Shown here: one piece after another, positions 39,001 through 52,942 of the stretch | Numbering within the stretch: position 1 is the stretch's first letter | How the letters are laid out: each line of letters starts with the position of its first letter | Source: Octopus vulgaris | Taxonomy: Eukaryota | Direction: 5' to 3' | Length of the DNA stretch: 64,000 nt | Assembly (NCBI GenBank): GCA_951406725.2 | Contig: OX597814.1 | Span: 194,494,001 to 194,558,000 of the forward strand | Notes under the pieces: model-generated | What the model was told of the DNA's origin: nothing | Seen by the model: only the letters and a program-made list of their open reading frames with translations | The model's database searches: none | Position numbers and translations under genes: made by a program

Positions 39001-42000
39001 CCTATTTTAAAATTATATACATATAGGCGTAGGAGTGGCTGTGTGGTAAGTAGCTTGCTTACCAACCACATGGTTCCGGGTTCAGTCCCACTGCGTGGCA
39101 CCTTGGGCAAGTGTCTTCTACTATAGCCTCGGGCCAACCAAAGCCTTGTGAGTGGATTTGGTAGACGGAAACTGAAAGAAGCCTGTTGTATATATGTATA
39201 TATATATATATATGCGTGTGTATCTGTGTTTGTCCCAGCCAACATCGTTTGACAACCGATGCTGGTGTGTTTATGTCCCCGTAACTTAACGGTTCGGCAA
39301 AAGAAACCGATAGAATAAGTAATGGGCTTACAAAAGAATAAGTCCCGGGGTCGAGTTGCTTGATTAAAGGCGGTGCTCCAGCATGGCCGCAGTCAAATGC
39401 CTGAAACAAGTGAAAGAGAAAGAGATCTATTGCTTACATTCCTGTCGACCTCACCTTTTGGCCATTCCGGGAGCTAAGTCACTGTATCCACAACTGCAGC
39501 CAAATACATGCCAATTCATATAACCCTCTCTATGGCAACAATCACTCCTCCTCTCCCTCACTTTCTTTCATTCTCATCCCTTTCTGCCATTTATTCCCCC
39601 CTCATGCCTCAACTATCATTTATATGCCCCCATGATTCTTTTGTATTCGAGATTTTATTGGACTTTCACTTCATCTTTCTCTCAACCTCCACCATACTGA
39701 ATCATTTATTTATGTTTATATTTAAATTTAAAATGAGGGCGAGAAATTAGATATTAATTTAATGAACATTGATTTCACACCAGTGGTCTAGCATATAAAA
39801 AAAACTGAAGGTTCAGTAAAATTGTATTATATACATATTAGAGGGAAACCACTATGTGGACACCCTTATGCTAGAAATAGATCCGCTATGGTCTTACCAC
39901 AAAACAACCAAAACATAATCGAGCAAGACAAAAGAAAAAGCAATAAAAATATGGATTATTCGCATACATGTTTCACTATTAACATATTACATAATTTATA
40001 TGTTTATCATCACCATCATCATCATCGTTTAACGTCCGTTCTCCATGCTAGCATGGGTTGGACGGTTCGACCGGGGATCTGGGAAGCCAGAAGGCTGCAC
40101 CAGGCTCCGGTCTTATCTGGCAATGTTTCTACAGCTGGATGCCCTTCCTAACGCCAACCACTCCGTGAGTGTAGTGGGTGCTTTTTACGTGCCACCTGCA
40201 CTTGTGCCAGGCGAGGCTGGCATCGGCCACGGTCGGATTGGTGCATTTTACGTGCCACCTGCACAGAAGCCAGTCAAGGCGGCACTGGCTTCGGCCACGA
40301 TTCGGATGGTGCTTTTTACGTGCCACCGACACGGAATGGCATCTGCCGGGTGCCAGTCATAGGATTGGCTCAATTTTGATTCCGATTTCACTTGCCCCAA
40401 CAGGTCTTCAGGTGCCTGTCGTCGGATGAGGTTCGATATCGACTTCGCTTGCCTCTATCTATTTGCTTATTTATTTGATTCCTTTAATCTTTTCCCTCTG
40501 ATCCTGTTCTGTCTGTCCCCCCTCTCTCAAATCTATTCCTTTTTCTCTTTACAGTTCTGGTATCACAGACATGTGATTCGAATGTTGCAGGAAAGAATCA
40601 CAAAATGAATTCTTCAATCTGATCCAACTGACAGGAAACCAAGAGGGTAGACTAAGAATGAAATGGGTGAATGATATCCATAGATTTAGATGGTCGTGCT
40701 TGGGAACCCAGTCAGAAAGTGAAACAACCATTGCTTCAGTTAGAACCCCTTTTAGAGGTGGCTGAGGACCCTACCCCTACAACCCTCCAAAGAAACATAA
40801 GGGATTTTTTTTAATGGCTTTGTGGGGTGACTGGGGAAATGTAAAGATGTGCACGACCACCTTTGGACAGTTTTGAATGACCATAGAAAGTGCAAGCCCT
40901 CTAACTGAAAAATTGTGGATTTGTATAAAGGACACACACACACACACACAGACATTTTGCCATTTATATATATAGAAATAAGATCAAGAACATTCAATGT
41001 CATATCATCAACACCACCACCAGCAGAATATCAAACCATCACCACCAACTCACCACCACTCCTAACATATCCAGTCCATATCCAGCCATCAACACCACTA
41101 ACTAATGTATTACTCAAATACAAATACATTCTTCTCACCCCAACCCAACTCCCATACTGTCAACATTCAATAGAAATTATTTAATTAAACAACAAATTTA
41201 AAATACCATTATTTTATTTCCAAATTAATGTTTATGATTCAAGTCTTGTAAATTTGCCAAAATTGTGTTCACCAAAATGAAATCTATATTTTTACATCAT
41301 CATCATCATCATCAGTATAATTATAATCAGTCAGTATCTTCAGGTGCCCTATAGAAATTATTTTTAATTAGAGGAACCAGACAAACGGTCCAAGTGGATA
41401 AATAAACTTTCTAAAGCAGCTGTATCCACTTAGCCCAAGGATCAGCAACTTTATTTCGTAATGAGCCACTGTTGCCTAGAGAGCCCTCATCATTCTCATC
41501 ATCATCATTCTCATCTAATGTCCATTTTCCATGCTGACATGGGTTGGATGGTTTGACAGGAGCTGGCAAAGCCAGGAGCTGTACCAGGTTCCATAGTCTG
41601 TTTTGATTTGGTTTCTACAGTTTGATGCCCTTCCTAATGCCAACTACTCCACAGAGCGTACTGGGTGTTTTTCATGTGGCACCATCACCAGTGCTTTTTA
41701 TGTGGTGTCAGCACCAGTGCTATTTGGTGATACCTATACCATTTGTTACATATGAAAATATACCCACTGTATTGTTTTGTGTTTCCATCATCAACAGTGC
41801 AAAAGTTGAAGAAAAATTAAAACATATCCTAACACAAAAGCCTATCTAGAACTCATCAACTGCTCAAAGGCTCACAAATTCATTAAATTTTTTTTAAATT
41901 TACAGAAAATATTCAAGGCTCATAGAAAATATCTCAGTAATCCAATTATGGATTATAGGTTCCATTTTAGCTGACCTCTGGTGTAATCCAATACAATATC

Positions 42001-45000
42001 TTTGATTAAAGAGTGTTGTAAACTTACTTAAAGCATTGCAATGTAAGTAACTGAGAGATTTGCAAAAGCCTGTGAAAAATGCATGTGAGAAGTTAAGCAA
42101 AATATTTAAAGTAATGTCAATGAATACAAATAGAGAAAAGATATACTGATCCTATAATATTTTGGGAAAGAATTCCCCTTTTGAAATAGAAGGGAAAAAT
42201 AATAAAAGGTTTCTCTGATCTCTTTGATTTATTTTCTTTCTTCTTATTTGAAAAAGAGAAGTTTTCCCGAAATATTATAGGATTATAAAGCAACTATATA
42301 ATCTATACAATCTCTTTCTTTCTTTGTTTACATTCCTTGACATCACCTTACATATTTCCTTTAACTCCTCACCTGCAATTGTTCAAAGGTTTTTTTTTTT
42401 AAAACATTTGTCTCAATTACAATATCTTTTGATTCACATTTGTACATATTTAAAGAAATGACAATAGTAGAAGATGGCTGGATTAGACACTAATACCTTA
42501 GAGGAACTGATGTACAGCTCGTGTGAAACCAGTGATTAGACCAGGTAGAACTAATGACCAGGTCAAGCATATTTAGCAGCCAAACCAAGTAGAAGTGCTG
42601 CTTATTTTCCAGCCAGATGTACTGAAGTATACCAGATAATATTCAAATCATTATAAGTCTGTGCTTAATACTGTTTTCTTTGCTGCATAATTTTGTTCTG
42701 GTTAACATTTCAGTGTTACCAGCATTAAAAATGTAAACACTAACTCAATTAGAATAAGGTTTTCCTGAGGTTAAGATTTGAACTAATGTTCTTTACAACA
42801 GCAGCTGAAACTGCTCAGAGCCACCCCAATCTTTATAAATTATAGTTTCGAAGACGTCTTACATGGAATATTTTACGATCCAACTTCCCTGGGAAAGGTG
42901 TGCTTGTCGCCATTTTATAGCCATTTCCTAACATCACATCTTCATCAACAGACACTTCGTTCTCTTTGGCAGCATTCTGTTCACTGGAACCATTTTGGGT
43001 GTTGCCCTCATCTTCTGCCCTATCATCATCATCATCAGTTTTACCTTTCCATCGCCATGGTGATTTTTCCAAATTCTCATAAGACATCGGTCTTTGTATA
43101 TCAAGCGACACTTTGTATTTACTGTTTCTGAAAATGGAGTACAAAACAGAGTACAAAACAAAGAAAGTACAAATAATGGGTTTAAGAATATATTAGAAAT
43201 AGTGGTTTCTAGCATGGTGTGGGTTTTGGCTATCTTGTATGGTGGTTAAATTGGCCATTCTTTTCCTTAACCCTTTAGCATTTAAACCGGCCATATCCGG
43301 CCAAAAGTATTCTGCCTGTTTTATGTCCAAACTGGCCAGATCTGGTCTCTCACACCAACCCTACAATATCATCTTAAAAATTAACAGCTACCTCATCAAA
43401 ATCTCATCGCTACAAGATAATGCATGATTAGTTCAAAACAATGTGGATAAAAAAGGATTAATTTTGGCAGAATAATGCGAACACAAAAGGGTTAAATGTA
43501 ACATTGCTTCAACTACAGCAAACACAAATATATAAAGTAACCACCTAATGCAGTACACTCAGCCTATACCATGCCACTGGTCCCAACAGTCTCGCTCTTT
43601 GTATATTTAGGAGTGTTATCTAATCCACCTTTCTTTATTAAGACACTAGCAGTATCGCCCGGCGTTGCTCGGGTTTGTTTCGACCCTTTAGAATTAGAAT
43701 TTTTGAAAAGTAAAAATTTTGCATTATGTAACTTGTTATTCTCTTTAAGTGAACATTTTTCTGGTTGAAATACACCGAAAAATGGCAACACAGCAGTCAA
43801 AAAATCGTAAAAAATAGGGATTTTCATAGAAAAAAAGCACCTTTTTTATGTAAATAACTTTTGGTGTTAACATGGTTCAATTTGAATTTTTTCTTCTTAG
43901 GAATGACGAGAAAACCTTCTTCTATCATACTCTCAATTTTGGTCAACTGGCGCCTCAGGGTCTCAGAGGAGATTGTGTTAGTTGAAGGCTACCAAACCTG
44001 CCATACACAGACAACTTCAGCTTTATATATAGAGAGATTAGGCTATAATTTAACAGATTTAGACTGATACTTCTTGCAGGTCAAGCAACCATGTAGAAAC
44101 TTCCACCTTGGAATCTGAATAGCAGCCATGGCACACAGACAGTTCAGAGAAATGTGAACTTGTAAAGCAGCAACAGATGAGAGATGGAAGTGATACAGTT
44201 TGATGTTGGTCTGGTAATTGTAAGTTTTTGAAAAGGAATATTTTACCATTCAAATAGACAGCTTTATTCAATTTACAATGTTTTGTGTATACAACGCTGA
44301 TACTATCACAAGAATGAGAGTAATACTTAAATGTGAGATGTGTGCACTTGGTTATAAATTCAACAACTATTGGAAACTGAAACAGTTTTAGATTCTGAAG
44401 AGAAAGCCAAACCCATGGGATAGAGTTTGGGCTGTATGTTAGGGTATAGATACTTAGCTGCCATGAAAGCTTATTAAACAACATGGTGCCATGGTTTCAT
44501 TTGTGTGTTGTTCATCATCATCATCATCATCATCATCGTTTAACGTCCGCTTTCCATGCTAGCATGGGTTGGATGGTTCAACTGGGGTCTGGGAAGCCCG
44601 AAAGCTGCACCAGGCCAGTCAGATCTGGCAGTGTTTCTACAGCTGGATGCCCTTCCTAACGCCAACCACTCCGAGAGTGTAGTGGGTGATTTTATGTGCC
44701 ACCGACACAGGTGCCAGATGAGGCTGGCGAACGGCCACGCTCGGATGGTGTTTTTTATGTGCCACCGACACAGGTGCCAGACGAGGCTGGCGAACGGCCA
44801 CGCTTTCCTTTCTATAATGGCTTCAACTCAATGACACTACTTCCTACTTGGAATTTGAACAGTAGCTATGGCACACAGGCAGTTCAGAGAAATGTGAACT
44901 TATAAAGCAACAACAAATGAGAGATGGAAGTGATACAGTTTGATGTTGGTCTGGTAATTGTAACTTCTTGAAAAGGAATGTTTTACCATTCAAATAGACA

Positions 45001-48000
45001 GCTTTATTCAATTTACAATGTTTTGTGTATACAACACTGACACTATCCCAACAGTGAAGTTTTGTAGAAAACCAGTCCAAAATACTCCATTCAGAAGTTC
45101 CTGAAATCAACAGGATCAACAAGAATTATATTTCGTTTGAATTTCTAAGAAGAATTATCATTATATTCTAATATAAGGACAGTGAGATGGCAAAATTAGT
45201 AACTCTTTGACAAAATACTTTGTGAAATTTTGCACTGACCCCTTGACTACTTTCCTCTCTCTGGAGTCAACACAAAGTACCAGTCAAGCAGAGGGGTCGT
45301 CAATTTAATTGACTAATCCCTTCCTGCCAAAGCTGCTGATCTTGTACCTAAATTGTAATATAACCTAATAAGACTATGTAAGTTTGAAAACATCAAAATA
45401 TAATGAAGAGTTTTATGTAATGAGAGAAAATTAAGTACATTATTTAACATCTATTGCCAGTGTCACCTGACTGGCACTGTGACAGTGACACATAAAAAGT
45501 GCCATTTGAGCGTGGCCAATGCCAATGGCATGTAAAGGCACCCACTACACTCCTAGACTCGTTGGTGTTAGGAAGAGCATCCAGCTGTAGAAACCTTGCC
45601 AAATCAGATTAGAGCCGGTGCAGCCTCCTAGCTTGCCAGTCCTCAGTCAAACCGTCCAACCCATGCCATCATGGAAAGCAGATATTAAACAGTGATGATG
45701 ATGATGATGTCTATGCTGGCATGGGTCAGACAGTTTGACCAAGGCTACACCCAACTCCAATCTGATTTGCCAGGGTCTCTACAGCTGGATGCCCTTCCTA
45801 AGGCCAACCACTCCAAGAGTGTAATGAGTGCTTTTATGTGCCGCCAGTAAGGGTGCCAGATGCGTGACACCAGTATCTGCCACGACTACAATTTCACTTT
45901 GCTTGATTAGTCTTCTTCTCAAGCACAGCATATTGCCAAAAGTTTCGGTCATTTGTCATTGCCTCCATGAGGCCCAACGCTTGAAAGGTTCCTTTTTATG
46001 TGCCACCAACACTATTATCATCCACATTGCCTCCAAAATTTATACCATTCAAAAATTTTAAACAAAAATGAGGTGGTGGGGACATTGTTAAAAGAGGAAA
46101 CTTTCAAAAATCTACACAAGGCACAGGTGTAGCTGTAAGGTGCAGGAATAGTTGTGTTGTTCCAGGTTCAATCCCACTGCATGGCACTTTGGGGAAGTGT
46201 CTTCTACTAGAGTCTCAGGTAGACAAAAGTCTTGTGAGTGAATTTGGTAGATGGAAACTGAAAGAAGCCTATTGTGTATATGTTTATGTTTGTGTCTGTC
46301 CCCCGCCCCGTCACCACCACCACTTGACAATCAATGTTGACACATTTACATCTCTGTAACTTAGCAATTTGCCAAAACAGACCAATAGAATATGTACCAG
46401 GATTTTAAAAAAACTAAGTACTGAGGTCAATTCATTTGACTAAATATTCTTCAAGGTGGTGCCCCAGCATGGCCACAGTCTAATGACTGAAACAAGTGAA
46501 ATATAAAAGATAAAAGACATTCAAAATTAGGAATTGTGACTAATTGCAGTGAATGTGATGACAAAACAGCAGTCAAGAATATTTCAGTGTGTAAATCAAC
46601 CTAATCAATTGTAACCCATAATTGTAAGAATATCATCATCATCATCGTCATTTAACATCCGCTTTCCATGCTAGCATGGGTTGGACAGTTTGACAAGATG
46701 GCTGCACCAGGCTCCAGTTTGAACCAGATGGCTGCACCAGGCTCCAGTCTTGATCTGGCAGAGTTTCTACAGCTGGATGCCCTTCCTAATGCCAACCACT
46801 CCAAGAGTGTAGTGGGTGCTTTTACGTGCCGCCGGCACGGGGACCAGTCAGGTGGTACTGGCAATGACCTCGCTCGAATCTTTTTACACGTGCCACTGGC
46901 ACAGGTGCCAGTGAAACAGTGTTGGTAACGATCATGCTTGAATGGTACCCTTTTACGTGCCACCAGCACGGAAGCCAGTTGGCTGCTCTGGCAACAGCCT
47001 TGCTCGAATTTTTTTACACATGCCAACAGCACAGGTGCCAGTAAGGCGATGCTGGTAATGATCACACTCAAATGGTGCCTTTTATGCGCCACTGGCACAG
47101 AAGCCGGTTAGCCGCTCTGTCAACAATCACGCTCATATGGTGCTCATGCCTGTCATCGAATTTCACTTTGATTTTGAATATCTCATGATTAAATATCTCT
47201 GTCAGAAACATTGGAATACAGCAAGCCCCACTCCCTTACTTGTTCATTCCTTTACCATCCGTTTGTCCATGCTTGCAAGGATTAGATGGAGACATACTCA
47301 AGACAGATTAACCCTTTCGTTACGGTATTTATTTTGAGATGCTCTGTGTTTCTTTCAATTACTTTAAATATAACAAAGAATTTAGTAAAATAACTTAATT
47401 ATCATTAAGCTAGTGTTAGGAACATAAATTGTGACTAAGATTTGATGGAAGATTTTAATTCAGAACTTATGAAAACATGACATTTGTACTACAGAGCCTG
47501 AGCTGGTTTCAGCTGGGTTGGTAACGAAAGGGTTAAGTATGGCTGGATGCTTTTCCTGTTGCTTTACTATTTTTCAAGCGAAGGAATTTTAACTGTGGAG
47601 AAATCTGAAAGCACTGGTCTTGTGCATAATTTGTTTACAGAAAATGTCAACAAATATCATTTGGGTGTTCATTCAACTCTTTTTATGCATAATTCCCAAA
47701 GAATTCAAACACACGTGGTCCCTTCTAATGGCCACAGCTATTACAAGGCAGATAATAATTTTGTCATAATATGCAGTCAAATTCAAAACTATGAAAGATT
47801 TTGTCATACTTACTTGACCAATTTAGCAACACTAACAGCTATGGATCGCGATACATTCTTTCCGTTTACTTTGGCAATTCGATCATTAATTTTCAGACCA
47901 GCCTCAGCTGCAGGAGAAGCTGCAATTTATCAATATACACAATGAGTCAGAAGTCAGGTAATTTTACAGGTTTTTGAAAAGCAAATACAAAAATTTTCAA

Positions 48001-51000
48001 GATATTAAGTTAGAAAATATTGCTAAATGGAAGATGTGTACACACATACTATATGTATATAAAAAAAACAATAAACGTCGCCTTTTTCACGCCTAGCCAG
48101 GCTCATGGGCCCGGTTTCCTGGTTTCTGTGGCACATGTGTTCCCCCCAGCTGAACGGGACACCAGTCCATTGCAGCGTTACTCAAGAAACAGGAAGAGAG
48201 AGAGTGAGAGAAAGCTGTGGCGAAAGTGTACAAAAGGGGTCGCCACCATGCCCTGCCGCAGCTTCGTGGAGCTTTTAGGTGTTTTCGCTCAATAAACACA
48301 CAACGCCCGGTTTGGGAATTGAAACCACGATCCTCCGACCGTGAGTCTGCTGCCCTAACCACTGGGCCATTGCACCTCCACCTATATTTATATAGTGTAT
48401 TCACCATTTATGGATATATTCCTGGGTCCTCCCAGGCAACCCCTTGAGTAGTCCCAGTCAGTCCTCATCTCCACGAGATAGCTTCTCATCTGTCATGACC
48501 ATGTGGTATGTGATTGACCAACACAAGCTGTCAACCCAGCCAGATCCTTGGTGAAGAGGACACAGTAAGCAGGTCTAACTCAGAAAAATCAAACATGACC
48601 AAAGAGTATTAGCTAGTACTCTTGTATTATACATGTAACAGAAGGCATCCCAGTTTCTGAGTAGAGTCATTGGCTGAATACAAAATCTGACTCATAATCC
48701 TGTGAAGAGTCCCTGATACCAAAGGAGTTCATGCAGCTCCTAAGAGCTCCAGACAGTGTCCAAGTCTTATAGATATAGAACAGAACAGAGCGGACCAGAA
48801 ACCTAAAGACCTGAACCTTTGTCTTCCAGCACAGATATTGGTAGCGTGAAACACCCTTGTCCAATGAGTCCACAACTGCACCAGCTCATCCAAGTATTTT
48901 CAGGACTTCAGAAATACACCACAACTAAATTTACTAATTAAATATATCCATTACTAGCACTCTGACCCAGCAATGCCGGGTCATAGTGCTAGTGCATGCA
49001 TATACAGCTGTGTGTGTGCGCACATAGATGCGAGTACTGTCCAAATCTCCGGCCAATCACATACAGCTAGCTGGCATTCAATTGGTGTATCAAGTTTCGG
49101 GCATTTTAATGCCCACTTACAATAAAAGTCACTTCTATTGATTTTTTAATGGCTTTGTGGGGTGACTGGGGAAATGTAAAGATGTGCACGACCACCCTTG
49201 GACGGTTTTGAATGACCATAGAAAGCGAGAGCCCACTAACTGAAAAATTGTGGATTTGTATAAAGGACACGCACACACACACACACACAGACATTTTGCC
49301 ATTTATATATAGAGATATATATATTTTTAATAAGTACATCTAACAATAAGCAAAGAACTAGTAATCCATAAACAGAATATATAATACACACACACACACG
49401 CACACACATGTAGACACAGTTTCCAACCTCATGGTTTCAGATTCAATCCTGCTGTATAGTACATTATGTGAGTGTCTTCTACTATAAGCCTTAGCCTGAC
49501 CAAAGCCATGTGAGTAGTGAAAGAAACTCAATGTGTGTGTGTGTGTGTGCATGTTACTGTCTCCTTGTCTTGACATCATGTGATAGTTATGAGTGAGCAT
49601 CAGTCAGGCAACCAGTGTCTTTCATTTACCATCTTCCATGAAAACAAATGTCTGGTCATGGGGAAATATTATCTTTCTCAGAAACAAGTGAAGTTTGGTG
49701 ACAGGAAGAAAACCAATCTCAACCAATTACATCAGAACTCATTGTGGAGGCACATAGCCTAGTGGTTAGAGCAGCGGACTCGCGGTCGAGGGATCACGGG
49801 TTCGAATCTCAGACCGGGCGATGTGTGTGTGTTTATGAGCGAAAACACCTAAGCTCCATGCGGCTCTGGCAGAAGGTAATGGCAAACTTCTGCTGACTCT
49901 TTCGCCACAACTTTCTCTCACTCTTTCCTCCTGCATGTTGCAGCTCACCTGCGACGGACCGGCGTCCCATCAGGTGGGGAACCTATACACCAAGGAAACC
50001 AGCCCTTATGAGCCAGGTGTGGCTTGAGAAGGAACAAACATCCAACTCATGCAAGCATGGAAAAGTGGGCATCAAAACAATTAGGATAATGATGATGATG
50101 ATGCAACACACACACAGTCACATTATGTCTATGAAAAGAAAAAAACCTGTAATTCTTAATGGATTATTAAGCTATTAACCAACAGTTAATCCCCAGGCAG
50201 TGTGTCAGATGCAGTTATTAATAAGTTAAGCCTGTGTTAACACAGTTAATACAGAAGAAAGTATTTATACAAAGCTAACCAGAAACAAGAAATCCTATTT
50301 TGACCTCCTTAACAAAGGATAACCATTCTGTACTTGGTGTATTAGTGATGTAAGAACTACTAAATAAATGGTTAAGTAAATTACTTAACATTTATACATA
50401 TGGGTGCACCCATGGCTATGAGGTAGGAAATTTACTTCTGAATTACATGCTTTCACAATTCTGTTCCAGGTGGGTGCCTTCTAATATAGTCTCAGACCGA
50501 CCAAAGCCTTGAGTGGATTTGATAGATAGGAACTGAAATAAGCCTGTCATATCTATATATGTATATAAATGTATGTGTGTGTGTGTATGTATGTAAGCAT
50601 GCATGCATGTATGTATATTTACATGGAAGACTAGATATGTTTATCATGGATGACATGGATGACTGGTTGGACATTCTATTCACAGAAGACTGGAAGCAAA
50701 GCATGCTGCTTGTATGGCAATGACATCATTATCATCATCATCCATAATTTTAAAATCCAGGTTTTGTCCCTGTTAATGGGGGTGTCCAGATCTACCTCAA
50801 TGCCATAGCAACCACCCTCACACCATCTTGCCCAGTTTTGGGCATCCTCCCTTCTCAAGCCAACCTTCCCAACCTCCTCCTCCACCTTTCCCTTCCACAT
50901 TTTCGTCAGTCTACCTCATTTTTGCTGTCCATTTACCTCAAACTCTAGCACCCTCTTCAGAACATGCTCCTCATCCCACCTCAACACATGCTCATACCAC

Positions 51001-52761
51001 TGCACTCCATTCGCTCTTGCCAGCCATTCCACTGATTCCCCCAACCCCAGCATCCCTATCAAATCCTCAGTCCTCTTCTTATCAAACAGCTTCACACCAC
51101 ACATTTCGCTCACAGTCCTTCTCAAAATTGTCATCGCTCTCTCCCTCACAAAACTCCTATAGACCTTTCCTTTCGTCTTCAATGAGAACGTTTTTCCATA
51201 TAATCTTTTCTTTTTAATCATGTGTATGTCTGTTTTTTAGGGGTTTGACTTTTAGTTACAACAGAAAGCCCTTCAGAAGGGAGACTGGAAACAAAGTATA
51301 CTGCTTGTATAGCAGTGGCACTCATAAGCAGTGTATGAGGCCAAGGCGAAGGCACGGACACACCACCCACCCACAAGGCTTCTTTCAGTTTCACCCACCA
51401 AATCCATTCACAAGTCTTTGATCATCTCAGGGCTATAATAGAAGACACTTACCCAAAGTGCTGCATAATGAGTCTGAACTTGAAACCATGTGGTGTAGAA
51501 GCCAACTTGTTAACCACACAGCCATGCCTGCACTTATATATAATCCAGGCCTAGACATATTATAAGGAAATAAATCCCTTTATGAGAAATTTCTGGAAAA
51601 TATGTGGGGAAATTGAATCTTATTCCTACCTGCATCAACTCGGCTGACACGAACGGGACATCCATCAACAACAGAAAACCCATAGCCAGATTTGCCACGG
51701 TCAACAGAGATCTACAAAAATATATTCAAAATTAACAACAACAACAACAACAATAATAATAATTATTATTTTTATTATTATTATTATCACCATCCTCACC
51801 ACCACCCTCCTCCTCCTCCAGAACAAACACTGTCACAACTCACTGTCTCCTTCACTTTCTCTCTCTCGCTTTGTCACGTCTTTGAAGTAAATGTGACACA
51901 CACATCAGATACATACAAAAACAAAAAGTTAGCATATTAATATTATTGATATATATCATCATCATCATCGTTTAACGTCCGTTTTCCGCGCTAGCATGGG
52001 TTGGACGGTTCGACCGGGGTCTGGGGAGCCAGGGGCTGCCCCAGGCTCCAGTCTGGTCTGGCAGTGTTTCTACGGCTGGATGCCCTTCCTAACGCCAACC
52101 ACTCCGCGAGTGTAGTGGGTGTTTTTTACGTGCCACCTGCACAGGTGCCAGACAGAGCTGGCGAACGGCCACGAGCGGATGGTGTTTTTACGTGTCACCA
52201 GCACGGGGCCAGGCAATGCTGGCAACGGACACGAACGGATGGTGCTTTTACGTGCCACCGACACGGGGCCAGACAGAGCTGGCAAACGGCCACGAACGGA
52301 CGGTGCTTTTACGTGTCACCGGCACGGGGCCAGGCGAGGCTGGCAACGAACACGAACGGATGGTGCTTTTACGTGCCACCGACACAGGGCCAGACAGAGC
52401 TGGCAAACGGCCACGAACAGACGGTGCTTTTACGTGTCACCGGCACAGGGCCAGGCGAGGCTGGCAACGAACACGAACGGATGGTGCTTTTACGTGCCAC
52501 CAACACGGGGGCCAGACAGAGCTGGCAAACAACCACAAGCGAATGGTGCTTTTACGTATCACCGACACGGGTGCCACACACACACACACACATATATATA
52601 CACACACACATATATATACATATATACATATATACACACACATATATATATATACACATATATATACATATATATGCACATATATATACACATATACATA
52701 TATATACATATACACATATACATATATATACACACATATACATATATATACACACATATAC

Positions 52762-52792
<31 letters not shown>

Positions 52793-52797
52793 TATAC

Positions 52798-52828
<31 letters not shown>

Positions 52829-52889
52829 TACATATATATACACACACATATATATACATATATACAAACACACATATATATACATATAT

Positions 52890-52942
<53 letters not shown>

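Noticed and set aside
49745-49820. Possible tRNA gene (also 1322, 11145, 20120-20197, 59893)
   Set aside because: Each continues into a shared SINE body, so these are SINE heads rather than functional tRNAs
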